Below, piece after piece: positions 26,046-39,362 of a DNA stretch of 64,000 nt; the first letter of the stretch is position 1; each line of letters opens with the position of its first letter. A model generated the notes under the pieces. That model did no database searches. It saw only the letters and a list, made by a program, of their open reading frames with translations, and was not told where the DNA came from. Origin of the DNA: Azolla caroliniana (taxonomy: Eukaryota; Plantae; Polypodiophyta); NCBI GenBank assembly GCA_043228905.1, contig JBHGNT010000004.1, positions 25,730,001-25,794,000 on the forward strand, given 5' to 3'. A program made the position numbers and the translations under genes.

Positions 26046-29000
26046 ATGGCGTTCTCTGCAGACGGCGTCTTCACAGGCCTCTCCGCAGTGCGAGACGCGA
26101 TTGATTCATCACGGTTTACCGAGATCTCTGATCTCTGCGAGTCCCTCGAGCTCCAGGTAATCTTCTTCTTCCGTTTCAGTCGATATCTCACGGAGATCTC
26201 TGACAAATTCTTCGTCTTCGTGTTCTTCTCCGTTTCCACATTTCTCCGTGCAAAAGATTCCTTCTTTCTGTATCCTACCTCCTTCGATTTATGTGCGACA
26301 TTCCCTTTTACGCGTTTCCCCCCGTTTCTCTTTCTTTATTTTTCCTTCTTTTTCACATATTTCGTCTATTTCTTTTTATTCTCCCCCATTCATCGCCATT
26401 TTCTACGGTATAGATAAGAAAAACATACATTTTACTTGGCTGTGCATTGAAGAAGAATAAATGTTTCTTCATCTGTGAATTCCTTGAACTAGACCTCGAT
26501 CCGACCTTCTTTCCAAGTATTTAATCTGTTTCAGTTTCTATATACAAAATCTTCCTTTTTCTGCATCATTTTATAAGTCTATAGTATAGACGATGATACT
26601 TTGGTTTCACAGTTAAACCTTTATTTTGTCTTACCGCACAATTTCTTCCTTCTTACATAACTCCCATGTACTGTAGTGAACCTTTTGTTCACAGTATTTT
26701 TTTGTTTGTTTTGGATGTAATGGATGCGTTTCATGTTTTTTTTACTTTCAGCTTGCTGCTAAGGGTTTGGAGAAGCCTGATGATTGGCCTTATGCTATCC
26801 ATTTGCTTGGATTTATCTATGTTTCTGATCTGTAAGTTTTCTATAGATATTGCCTCTCTTTCTGAAATCTCATGTTTTGAAAACCAATTATATTAAAGTG
26901 GTCAAAATTCTGATGATTTATTCAAGAACTTCGATACATGTGTATATTGCTCACACATGCTTTATAGTCCTTACTCATGTAGGGTATGCATGATTATGCC
27001 TTACTCTCTTTCATACAACAGGAACAATGCTAGATTTTTGTGGAAACGTATACCTGGATCAATAAAACAGAACTGCCCGGAAGTAAGTGCTGTGTGGAAG
27101 ATTGGACAATGCTTATGGACATACAATTATGCTGGTGTTCATGATGCACTTCAGAGTTATACGTGGAGCCCATATGTGCAAAGAATTGTGACTGCGTTTG
27201 GAGGTTAGTTATGAGTCAAATGGCATCATGTGTTATCAGATTACCTGATTAGTTATAAAAGAAATGCCTTCATAAACTGTTTACATGCTGATAGTTTATG
27301 AAAACATGCATAACGAATATCTAAATTTCCCATTTTATGAAGGCATTTTTGATGGGAGTTATGCAGTTCATTTAAAACACTCGATAATGCTTTAAACTTA
27401 TGCAGATTCTATCGCAAATTAAGGAAAGTGTTAAAAGTGTCCTGAAACCTTTATGCATGATATGAAACATTTTTTTTCGTAGACATTTTTCCACCTCAGC
27501 GGTGTAGAATTGATCTAAGTCTACTGTGAAGTTTCTCAGAGTATTGTTCCCTATCTCTTTTCCCTTTCCATATCCATAAGTGTAAACTTTGTTTTTGATA
27601 TATATGTCTATTTCTGAGCATAATACATCTGTTTTCCAATTGTATTTCCATATTTAATAGTTGTAGAATTTCAAAAGGCTATAAAACAGGTTTAATAGGG
27701 TTGTGCTAAGAGTTCAGGCAGTAGGTTCATGGGAGAAGAAAGTGGACAAAATCTCTTAGGGTGAGGAGCAGAATTAGAGGCAAATGTCAAATGATGAGAA
27801 TGATCCTGTAGTTCCTGGTCCATGAATACATGTTATCAGGTTCTGTCTCTCACATCCAGCCCGAAATTCATCAGCTTGTGCTCAAGAGATAGTCGTCCAA
27901 ACATTGGTAAGGAATGCGTAGATTCCTGGCACTTGAAAGACTGTATGAATCAGCAAGGCCACCTTACAAGGCTAGATACTCTTGAATGACCGGTAGTGAA
28001 GTAGTAAACAGAGCATGAAACTGTGATCTCCTAAGCAGTGAGAGGAGTATTGAATCTCGATCCACACCCCTGGTGAAGAATGAGTCAGCAACTTGTAGGG
28101 AATGGGCTCATTAATGGGGAGCACTTTGAGACAGAGAAAAAACAAGTCTCATTGGGATGTTTGTCATTGGCTATAAACCCGAATTTGGGTGATCTATATG
28201 TGACTAAGATGAACCTTGGGTAAAGCTTAGTGGAGGTCTGCACCGATTGACCTGGAAAAATCAGTGAATGACTTGCCGCTAGGGATGAAATGTCACTCTG
28301 AGAAATTTGTTGAGGCGCAATAGTTGACTGGACAGTCTAGGGTGGGTAAAACATTGTTCCGGTGCAGGCTGCAGACACTTTGTTACCATAGAGGGAAGCA
28401 AAGTAGGAGAAAATAAAGTACAATTGCAGTACATGTGGAGTCAAACTAACAAATGGCACAACGTCATTAACAATGCCACATGCCACTACTTTGGTGTTTG
28501 TGGCCCGGTCTCACACTCACACTCATACTTCTAATCAATCAATGAGTCAACTACTCAAGAAGGATAGGAATTCTCTGGACAGTACATAGAAGTTTGTTTG
28601 CAAATCACTCTAATGAAGTATCAACCTCCCGACTGCTGTAGGAATTATATGAATAGTACGTGGAAGTTCATTTATGAGTCACTCTAATGAAGTATCAACC
28701 TCTTTACCAGGTCTCTCCAAATCTGAATTTCTCTACCAATCTCCCTCAATCTTGTTTTCTGATGGCTTTCAAGTCCTCTTTATTTATCTTTAGCCAAAAC
28801 ATGCAAAGTTGTGGCAACGCTGTTAACACTCTGGTCTTGACTCATAATCCCACTGCCACTTTTAAAGGGATTTGAGAATACTACTGGAGCAGGAGCTAAA
28901 ATTTTTTGGGGGCCAAAGTAGTCTGTAATTAACCTCTGTGTAGGGACGACTATCTGCTCTTGTGTAAGGCCCTACCCACATAAATTTAGACCCCCTTCCT

Positions 29001-30870
29001 AATTTCCCAAATAACTCTTGTTTACCAACATGCCTTGCACATGTAAACGTACATGGAAGTCATAATTTACTTGAGATTGTTGTACACTCACATCACGACA
29101 TGAACCCACATGAAGCTCTTATAAGAAGAGTCCAACGGTGTCCATATGAGGATCTCATGAGCTCTATAAAGGTGCAATGGTCTTGGTATGCCAGTCATCC
29201 ATATATCTAGTTCTCCTCTGTCTCTCTGTATCTGGCGCACCATGGCACAAGACAAAGAATCAATGGACCAGCGCTCTTGATGAATGTGTGTACCTGTCTC
29301 CATTGTAAGCTGACATGATGATGTATAAAGGTGGCCAATCATGCTTCTGACATGGTGGGAAAGGTATAGGTATATTTGAACTAGAAAACCATCAGTTATC
29401 AATATCAGAAAATGGTCTCTATAGGATCTGTTTTCATTTCCAGAGGTTTCATTGGTCACTCCAAAGTCCTTTAGATATCTAATCTAAAGGTATACTGCCT
29501 AATCACGTTGCCCCACCAATGTTCTGTAAGTAAGGAGGGGCTTGTAAACTAAACCATGTAGTCACCTGGGAGTTCCGAACTCCTTGAACTTCTGCAGCTG
29601 CCAACTGCTGTGACAAGGTAAAAGTGAATCTTGTAGCATATCTTCTGCTGTATCCCACATATGATGAATGAAACAAACTGTTGGAAACAAGGTCTTAGTG
29701 ATTCTAGAATCGGTGAATGGGAAGTAATGGAGGAGGCTATTTATTTTTGGAGGATTTCATGTAATCATTTCAATTAGATCTTGAGCTCTAATTTTCAAGG
29801 GAACATCAGGGATATTGACAGAAATAAACACAGGTTTTGGAGAAAATTCTTGGAGAGATTTATTTCTGACACGGATATGTGGAGAAAATCAGAGATCAGC
29901 TTTGCAGTCTTAGTTTTGGTGATAGAAATATGATGCGGATGGCCACTTTATTATCACAAGTTCTCTCTTGAAGGTTTTGGATTATCCTTCATTTGCAAAT
30001 ATACAATGCGCTCTCACTACTTGTGATTGTAATGTACAATGGGGCTAGGTCTTAAATGTGTGCAATCCTGTTTCTGTTAACCCTAGGTACCTAAGTTGAT
30101 GGAATAATACGTTGTGTTGTAATGGCGTTCTGGAACTTTCCATCAGACTATTGTAATATAGTGAGAGTGTAGACATCTGAATGCTCAGGAGTACCTTAAC
30201 TCCAGAAAGTAGCCCTGAAATCAACAACCTAGACTTTATTTTGAACAGCAATGATAATTTACAAAAGCAAGTGAATGGAAGAGCATGATCGTTATTGAGA
30301 TACTCGTTTTTATTATGGGACAGCTGTTATTGGCATTTGTATGTCTGCAAAGATAATATGTAAACAAAATTATTCACCATCCAATTTCCATGTTCCATTC
30401 TGAAATTTCAGAGGATTATTTGAGGAAAAACATTTCCATGTGTCATTTTGGAATTTCAGAAGAATTCTTGAGAAATTGATTTGATTTCTAACTACCATGT
30501 TATATTCTGGAATTTCAGAGGAATATCGGAGAAAAAATATGAAGTTGTTGTCTACTGCATACTCAACTATAAGTGTTGCTGATGCTTCTAAGTTTCTTGG
30601 GCTAACAGAGGTTGAGACTGTGAAATGTAAGGCTTCCCATAGAAGGTTTCTGGCATAAAAGTTCTCTTTATTTGGGCATATAAAGAATGTTGCTTTACTT
30701 CATTGTGTAAAGATGGGTACTTGCATGCAGGCACTAATCAAGCAGGGTGGACACTGGATTCTATTTCTAACATGCTCATTTGTCAACCAGCAACAACTTT
30801 AGTAGCCCAAAAGCTAGATTCTAGCAAGCTTCAAAACTTAACTGAGTATGTCTTCCATCTTGAACACTGA
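26046..30870 (+). CDS. CSN8: COP9 signalosome complex subunit 8, 206 aa, 5 exons
   Basis: Exons 26046-26156, 26752-26831, 27022-27203, 30519-30626 and 30731-30870, all GT-AG, total 621 nt in frame. Diagnostic peptides DDWPYAIHLLG, ARFLWKRIP, LLSTAYSTI and C-terminal DSSKLQNLTEYVFHLEH match plant CSN8/COP9. Confidence 0.96.
29100..29460 (-). mobile_element. Highly degraded fragment of an RTEX-like LINE in CSN8 intron 3
   Basis: IGHLYTSSCQLTMETG resembles IGQLRISSHQLEIESG of the element at ~45570-45620. Extent is uncertain. Confidence 0.45.
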
Positions 30871-33800
30871 ATGAACTGTTAGTAATGACATTCCTCTCTA
30901 GCCTTTGCTGCTAGCAAATATATAGCATGTTCAACAATATGTGATGTAATTTCCAAGATCTGGGACCTGGAATTAATGGTTTCAAAATGAAGAATCTTGT
31001 ACCGCTGGAGTCAGACCCGAGTTCATGGGGCTCAAATCCAAATTTTGTACTCTTCTTAGTGTTTTTAGTTCGTCCTTCACTATGCAATAGGCTTCTAGTA
31101 AAAGCTTTTCCATAGCTCTAGATAGACCTGCACTCATAGAACTGTGTGATAGTGGCTTTCCCACACCTCTAAGAATCTGAAAAGGCTGCAGGCTATAATA
31201 ACTGCTATCTTGACATGTTTATGCGATTTCAAGGTGCTGAAGTTACATTCTGTGTTTATATATTGGTGTTGTTTTACCCTGAATAATCTTCTTGTCTCTG
31301 TTTTACAATACCTGTAAAATTCTTGGGAATACACTAGATGAGATCTTCTGATATTAGCCTATGTTTTAAGTATGCAAATAAAATAGGTGAAAGATTTTGA
31401 AGACTTATATACAGTAGGGTGTTCTAATCCCGCTACATTTGGATGCACTATTCTTTTCCAAGAAGATCTTTTGAACTCATCACTAAAATGAAGTGTGGAA
31501 AACCTTACATGATTAGACAGGATCTTGTTATCTAGTCAAGCTAATAAGCAAACAAACCATTTTAAACAACTGTATAGTTCTTCCAAATGATTTCTGGCAT
31601 CCGTGCAGTTTTTTCCAAACTGTGTATGCAACTATGAGCGAGAGTCTATCTTTTCCTTATTTTTTGGCTTCATAGTTACCATTGAGTTTTTGTAAAAATA
31701 GCCATGCAGTTCTCTTTGAAGTCTATGGTTTGAAAAGGGGTGGGACCTGCTTCTAAAATCATGAAAATCATATATTCGAATTGTCCTTGAACCTAAACTT
31801 GCAACCTATCTTAGATATTATATTTTGTTCTATTTTCTATTTATTAAACAGGTTTGAGGTGAATAACTGTGAATATTATGTTTGGTTGCAAATAAAAGGT
31901 AATAGTGAAAATGTTGCAGTTCATAACTCATAAAATGTGCATGGCTAACAATGAGAATGTCTTGCTTCTTCCCATTGCAACTATGTGTGAGGGTATGTTT
32001 AAGTTACAAACATGATTGCATTTTTGGTATTCAAGTGTGTTACAATGTTGATATGTAGCCACTTTGTTTTATGATAGTGATGAGCTTTAATGGAAGAGAA
32101 TTTAGCACATTGTACAATGCATTGGAGATGAATAAGACCCATGACTAGATGGTTATTGGAAACCATGTTTTGTGACCCAATAACCACACTTGTGTCATGA
32201 CTCACATGTCTTGATTGAAAATACTCGTGTGGGACCTCAAACATGTTTCATGGGAGAGAGTACCGTCTAGGACTCAAGAACCTTGCTAGGGTCCGTGAAA
32301 TCAAGTTTCATGACTCAATACACAAACCCAATGATCCTGTTTTGTGATGGAATCATGTTTCGCAACCCAATAATCACAATTATTTGTTAGCTTATGTTTC
32401 TTGATTATAAAAGAAGAATCAATAGATAGAAGAAAAATAAACTTCCCATCCCAAAACATTATGATTGAATGGTGGAAGTTATAGAAAAAAACAAATGGTG
32501 AAGGTATAAATTATTGAAGGCATTGCTTAAAACATGGTGATGGGAATGTACTCAAATTGATAATCTTGTAAAATTTGTCATTAGAGAAGGGTGATGTTGT
32601 GGCCGAACCAGCTCCACTAACATATTTAATATATTCTAGCCATTTGATTTTCATTAGAAATTTCTAGACAAGCAAGTATTGTTCTGGAATGTTAGTTCAA
32701 GATTGTCTCTTTGTTTGTGGAAGTCATCTCATTGGCAAGTCATAGAAACTATTCCCAAGCAAATCTCTTGGACTAGAGTTGTTTTGATTTATTAGATGTG
32801 CTAAGAGGTGAAGCAATAGCACAATGTGAGAACTAAGTCATGGATAATGTTGCTCAACAACTAACTCATTTAAAGTATGAACAATGCTAGATTGTATAGA
32901 ATATTTTGATGGGAATTCATCGGTAGTTTTAAAAGGAAGATGAGAAGCCTAGGCATTCATTGGTTGCGCTTGATTGCACTTATACTCGTTTGAAGCCACA
33001 TGGGAATATGACTGTCTACGTTCTTGTATATGAGAACCGACAGTAGGTGATTAACAAGGTTCATACTTTTCAAAAGAAATTTTCTTGATTTGTCCTTCCT
33101 CATGGCCTATGGAGTGAGTTTTAAGTCACCCATACACGATGTACTTTTATAGTGGTGAGCATTTCATATGATTGGATAAACTAATAATTGGTCTTGGCCA
33201 ACAATGTGGTACTAATAACAACTCCTATTCTAAACCCTAAACCTAGACATCGAGGAAATCCTATAAAGATTGTGGTTCCTTATACATATGCACACCTAAA
33301 GCAATAAGGGCAATGCGTGGCACATCGGATTTGTCATTCTGAAGTAGTTAACCAACGAGCTAACTGGCAAATAAGGAAAGATAATATAACATCATTCCTG
33401 TAAACCCTAGAGGACAAAGAAAACATGGTAATGTGTATTTTGTTGAGGAGCCGGAGCACCAACATTAAGGCGAGATGTGATTGGTGCCGACCCAACATAT
33501 GTAAGTACTAGGTGCCCCACAACCCTTCCCCAAAAGAAGGAACTTGTGTTCTAATCTTAGCATATACATGTACATATACATATTTACAGATACATATATA
33601 GTTTCCATAAGAATGGTACGCTATTCTTTATAGCTAAAAAAAAACACAAAAGCTAAACTTTTCCATCTTTTGAGAGGAGCCTTCTTCTTCTTCGAGCGTT
33701 TGCTTCTTTTAGCTTTTTTTTTTTTTTTTTTTCCTTCTCTTTTTTGGGGTTTCTTTATTATTATTATTATTATTTCTTGCTCTTTTTCGTTTTTTGTTTT

Positions 33801-34039
33801 TGTTTTTGTTTTTTTTTTTCCAAGTTTTTTATGTGCAATTTTTCTTCTGCATTTTAGAAATTGGAATGCGTTGCTTTTTATTTTGATGTGTTTTTTTTTT
33901 TTTTTTTTTTTTGCATTCTTTCCACTTCTTTTATTCTCGTTTTGTTTTTTTTTTTCCCTTTGTTTCGTTTATGGTTTGCTTTTTTTCTGGGCTGCTTTTT
34001 TTTCTTGTGTGTGTGTGAGTTTGCGTTTTCGCCGCACTC

Positions 34040-34072
<33 letters not shown>

Positions 34073-34220
34073 TGTATATAAATAAAGTCCGTCACACATT
34101 TTTCTGCTTTTTCATCTTCTCTTCTGCAGAGCCTCTCTGTTTCTCTTCTGCAGGCGATCTCAGCAGAAGAAACAAGAAATCCGACGCATCAGAGACAGAG
34201 AGACAGAGACAGAGAGATCA

Positions 34221-35621
34221 ATGAGTATGAGCAGAGATAATGAAGGCCGGTTGAAGAAGAGAAAACAGGGTAGTATAGCAGATGGCCTGTTACCCCTTCC
34301 ACCCCCACCTCCCCTGTTCTTCCATGATGACCATGGATTGCCCCCTCTCCTGCCCGATCCTTTCCTCGCCATTACAACCCAATTCACCTTATATCCTCCT
34401 CCTCCTCCTCCTCCTCCAACTCCAAATCAAACCCTAATTCTTCCCCATGCCGCCGCCGCTCACCCACATTATAACTATTTCCCGGGCCCTTTCAATCCCG
34501 ACATTCGGCCCACCCCATTCCATCATGCCAATTGTGAATTATACCACCACCCATCCATGATGATTCCGGCCCCGTTCGATAGGACCCACATCATGCCTCT
34601 TGGGCACACCACTACGGACACGATGCCGAATCCCAATGCCGATGCCACCGCATTCCTGGTCCTTCAGCAGGTGGAGTACTACTTCAGCGTCGAGAATCTA
34701 TGCAAAGATGTGTACCTGAGGTCCCACATGGATTCGCAAGGCTTCGTCCGCATCTCCCTCATCACGAGCTTCAATCGTGTGAAGAGGCTTGGCGTCCACC
34801 TGGGCTTCGTGAAGCACGTCCTTCGCACGCACTCCCGTGTCGTCGAGGTCAGAGCCGACAAAGTGAGGCGGCGGGGTGACTGGGAGAAGTGGGTCTTGAG
34901 CTTGGATCAAATCAAGGCCATCACCGATTTGCATATGCAGAAAACGAAGAAGGCGGACGGTGGTCCCGATAAAAGCTCTAATGTTGTGGATTGTTCCAAG
35001 TCCCCATCTTTATTGCAATGTCAGGAGGTAGACAAGGATGACGATGCGATACGTGATGCTCGTCCGATCCGCCGCGATGATAGAGGAGAGGCACACTTAT
35101 TTGGAGCAGTTGAGGATTCGGAATCAGGATGTAGCGATCATCGGCACCACAACTCTGTCGATCATGACAATATAACCACCAATGCACCTTCTTGTATGAC
35201 ATTTGAAATGGAACCAACTAATGGCCATGAGCTAATTAAAGAGGACCCTGAAGAAAAGCAAGAATTCATGGCGTCTTCACATGAAGATGAAGATGAAGAT
35301 GAAGATGAAGATATCTTTTCTGATACCCTAGCCTATCCTGAGCTTCAAGATAGCTGCTATGGTTCCTCTACCAATGACTACGATAGCTTTTTGTATGATG
35401 CCTCCTATGACTATGAAGATGCTCTGCTATATGAGGATGCTTTGTCAACCATGGCTACTACAGATGACCATTCCACCACTACCACCACCACCCAATTACA
35501 AGTAGATAACAAGCAAGATCAAATTGCAGTATCGCTTGTAATGCATCCTTTGGTCAAGTTGTTGATCAAGATTTTTAGCACTATAGCATGCGGAGTCCGT
35601 GCTACTCGAATGGGAGGTTAG
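34221..35621 (+). CDS. La-motif (LAM) RNA-binding protein, LARP1-type, 466-aa single ORF
   Basis: LAM: VLQQVEYYFSVENLCKDVYLRSHMDSQGFVRISLITSFNRVKRL..VVEVRADKVRRRGDWEKWV. Pro-rich N-terminus and acidic C-terminus, with no recognisable DM15 region. The frame is open back to a strong acceptor at 34153, so an upstream exon is possible. Confidence 0.88.
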   Translation: MSMSRDNEGRLKKRKQGSIADGLLPLPPPPPLFFHDDHGLPPLLPDPFLAITTQFTLYPPPPPPPPTPNQTLILPHAAAAHPHYNYFPGPFNPDIRPTPFHHANCELYHHPSMMIPAPFDRTHIMPLGHTTTDTMPNPNADATAFLVLQQVEYYFSVENLCKDVYLRSHMDSQGFVRISLITSFNRVKRLGVHLGFVKHVLRTHSRVVEVRADKVRRRGDWEKWVLSLDQIKAITDLHMQKTKKADGGPDKSSNVVDCSKSPSLLQCQEVDKDDDAIRDARPIRRDDRGEAHLFGAVEDSESGCSDHRHHNSVDHDNITTNAPSCMTFEMEPTNGHELIKEDPEEKQEFMASSHEDEDEDEDEDIFSDTLAYPELQDSCYGSSTNDYDSFLYDASYDYEDALLYEDALSTMATTDDHSTTTTTTQLQVDNKQDQIAVSLVMHPLVKLLIKIFSTIACGVRATRMGG

Positions 35622-36623
35622 GTCAAAGAAAATGGTTAGATCTTCACTAGGCTAGACACAGGTAGAGTGTGGGTGGGTGTGTGAAATAGAGGAAAACAGA
35701 GTCACAGAGAGAGAATGCAGCAAGCATAATGCGTGTTGCTGAATCCTCAATTATTGAGCTTTGTGCAACTACACTAATATAATCTCATTTATGAGGACAA
35801 AAGGTTTAATCATCGTATAATATAAGTTTTTTGATTGATTATGGTTTTGATTCGGGTCAATTGTCTTCTAATTCCAATGACTTCAATGAGAACGTTAATA
35901 TAAACATGTTTGTTTATGTCAATCCGACAAAGATTAATGGGTTTGTAGATGTTGTATGATGCCTAGGATATGATGTATAATGTATAGATTAATTGTCTTA
36001 TAGGGTGTGTGCAGCACCAATGTACAAGACAATATCTTGTTGATCTCCCAATGCGGAAAGGAGGACACAAAATCGCATAATGAGTTTAAATGTATGTTTA
36101 GGCTCTTAGGATCTAGGGTTTAAGGAGATGTTTTAGAATCTATATACGTGTCGAATTTAGTTAGTGTTCCGGGAGATGTAATTTAAGTCATTTGGATTAA
36201 GTGGACTTAGATATCGGGAAATTCAGATATATGTGGGGAAATAGTTGGACATGAGATTGTAGAATTTACTTAAGTTTATAGGTTATATGGCTCACGGAGA
36301 ATCTTTTGGGTTCCTAGGATTAGGGTTTAAGGGCGGGATGTTCTACGTCCACTAAATTTGCACTAGTACTCGGGGCACTTGTACTAAATAATGTATAGCT
36401 TGCATACAATGATGATCACGTTACATATTTCTTTGTGAAATGGAGGTTTGCCTAAGAAGATAAGAAATAGGTGACATTTAGGAACAATCAAAGACATTTG
36501 AAGGGCTAAACATTTTGATAATCCCCAAATTATGAATCAACCCACATATTGATAATCAATCAGTATTTTTTCTTTACTATGACTACATGCCATGGGACAT
36601 CATGATCCCATGGTCTCTTTATG

Positions 36624-36729
36624 TAATCATGTATTAAATCATTGACTTGTTCATATAATCATGTATTAATTCATTGACTTGTTCATATAGTCATGCATTA
36701 ATCCATAGCCTTGTTCATATAATCATGTA
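36624..36729. repeat. 32-bp minisatellite, ~3.3 copies
   Basis: Unit TAATCATGTATTAAATCATTGACTTGTTCATA at 36624, 36656 and 36688. Confidence 0.85.
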
Positions 36730-37088
36730 AACCTGTAATGTATGAACTTAGTGTATTCTCCATCTCCATCGAGTCCCAACTAGTCTTCTTGTTCATGTAA
36801 TCATCTCAAATTTCTAGAAGCTCCTATTTCAGCTCCCCAAGATGATCTCAACCAAGTTGTCCTCACTATTTGATCCTCACGCTGATAGCCATTTGCCCAA
36901 ATAAATGATTTGGATAAATAAGATCCTCAAACCAATATCTGTGGTGTATTATGGTAACGCTATCAACATTAAAATGATCGTATTTCAAATCATATGGCTT
37001 GTTGAGTTCGTTTACAAACACTACCACCTTGGGGCTAGACTAGTGTGAACCCTCGAACCCTATATATATACATTATACATATATATAC

Positions 37089-37143
<55 letters not shown>

Positions 37144-37146
<3 letters not shown>

Positions 37147-37795
37147 TGTCCCTAGGTTGTCCCAACGGGGACACACTCCTACATTGATCTGGGACTCACC
37201 AAGGGGCCCAGTCCCAGTCCCAAAGAAGGTGGGCACCTTGGGTTGGAGGTGCACCCAAGAAGTCCCAAATAGAGTTGGAACAAACCCAAGCAATGTTTAG
37301 GTTGGGATAGACCCAAGGTGTCCCAAAGAGAGTTGGGACACTCCCAAGGAGCCCCAAACACAGATGGGACAGTCCCAACAACTAGTTAAAGAGTAGCCCA
37401 ACAACCACCTCTTAGCCTAACGTCTGGCCATCACAAAGGGGAGCCCAATCGCCGCCTTTGGGCCGAACGACTAGGGTAGCCCAACAACCACCCCTTGGCC
37501 TATAAATTGAGGAACTTCTCCACATTTTCATTCATTCCCAACTTATGTGTTCTACTCTCACCTCTTGTAAATATTGAATTTCTCTCTCTCTCTCTTGTCC
37601 TGACTTGTCTCGCCTAAGTCTCGATTCATCCCGACTCGTTCCAACCCCGTTTTTGGTTTGTCCCAAAATTGGGAGTATTGTGAGTGTTTTCTCTTGGATA
37701 TAGATTATAATATAAATCCTCTTTTGTGTCCCAATTTTGATGTCCCAATCGAGTTTTGTGTGCATTTCGAGACCCCCATAAACTAGGGGCATAAC

Positions 37796-37796
<1 letters not shown>
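37144..37796 (+). mobile_element. Solo-LTR-like element embedded in a (TA)n microsatellite
   Basis: TG..CA termini with imperfect inverted ends (TGGTGTCCCTAG ... CTAGGGGCATAACA). TATAAAT at 37501. Repeated GTCCCAA/TTGGGAC motifs. (TA)n on both sides. Confidence 0.7.
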
Positions 37797-37826
<30 letters not shown>

Positions 37827-37925
37827 GGAATTTTTTGTGTGTGGTGTTGGTTGAGTGATTCATAGTCATGTTCCATGTTATAAACAATCCAATAGTAACC
37901 TATTGTAAAATACATGTACATATTT

Positions 37926-38259
37926 TGGTGCACCTAAGTAGTCCCAAATAGAGTTGGGACAAACCCAAGTAGGTTTTCGGTTGGGCGGTTCCCAGTTGTC
38001 CCAAACACAATTGGGACACTGCCAACGTCCCCATCCCAATTGGGAAGCCCAACAACCTCATTTTGATTCATTCTCAACCTCTGAGTTCTACTCTTTCCTT
38101 TTGTAATCTTGAAGGCTCTCTAGTCCTTCATCATCTTTTTGGTTTGTCCCAATTTGGGATTGTTGTAATATTGTATCTCTTTCATGCAATATAAATCATC
38201 ATCTTGTCCCAATCGTGTTTTCGCGTTGTTTGGAGACCCCATAATCTAGGGGCATACCA
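37926..38259 (+). mobile_element. Second, shorter diverged copy of the same LTR-like element
   Basis: Starts TGGTGCACCTAAG and ends GAGACCCCATAATCTAGGGGCATACCA. Shares GTCCCAAATAGAGTTGG and TTTTTGGTTTGTCCCAA blocks with 37144-37796. Confidence 0.7.
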
Positions 38260-39362
38260 CACGTAGTGTAAAGATTGAACACCACTCTCTTTATGTGTTG
38301 TGTGCTCTCTCCTTTCTTTGCATCTGACCATCTCTTTCACTGGACCAAGAAGACCTTTCCATTATGTATGGCAAAGATCATTGTGAAACCTTTTGTCATC
38401 ACTACATTAGTATCTGTTGTTTGGGGCATTAACTCTAGTATTGAGCATTGCTCGTGCAAATTACAATATTATGTCCCTCCATTCCATTTCAATCATGGTT
38501 TCTCGTAATCATTTAACCTAAATTGTTTTCCCTTCATCCATTGCCTCCTACACTTTCATCACATACATTCTCTTTCAACCATCAAACTCAAGTTAACGTG
38601 CATCCATTGCCTTGCAACTCACCACCCTCTTAGCATCATTTGTGTCATGGCAATGCAATACAATTGTTTTTAGCACTTGGGTTGTGGAAAGTTTCCATTT
38701 ATTTCCCCAATGCCCTTGGTCACTCCTCCAATTTGCAATTATATCTGTAATTTGTGAAGATGATTACATTGTCAATTTCTCCCCTTTTTCCCAATGCTAG
38801 AAGAGAAAAGCATAAGGTCAATCCATCCCTTTTTGGGGTGTGCGGCAATCGTGTGGGGAGATAACAAAAACTTGTGGCCTTTATTTCGAGAAATAAAGAA
38901 AAAATCGTGGGTATTTTTATAATGGACCCTTAAATAAACCAACAAGTTAGAACCCAAAACAACAAGAATTTGAATAAGCTAAGTAACTTGATCTATATAG
39001 AATAAGTTGTTAGTCTATATATGTATGTGAAGTTTAAAAGTCTATTAAACAAAATAATTCACTCATTTAATGACCAAACACATGTTTTGTGATTTTGTTT
39101 CCCCAAAATTGCAGCCCACCATCTCTCTAGCAACTTTATGAGTTATTTTTTAATATTCATAGGTAAATTCATCCATTTTTTGGTTCTTTGGGGCAACAAG
39201 TTCTAGCAAAAGTTCTCACTAAAAACTAGAGGTTGTAGGTAGGTTACTCCACTTGTTACTTAAGGGTGGCTAAGGCCTCTCGTATATAAGGGTGGGCAAG
39301 GGCTTTCCACGACATTGTGAAAGGATGTTTTACATGTAGACCTTTTACTATGATTCTACATG

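Noticed and set aside
33670-34224. 184-aa Phe-rich ORF
   Set aside because: It is the translation of poly-T and (TATG)n tracts with a non-ATG start. Likely intron or leader of the LARP gene.
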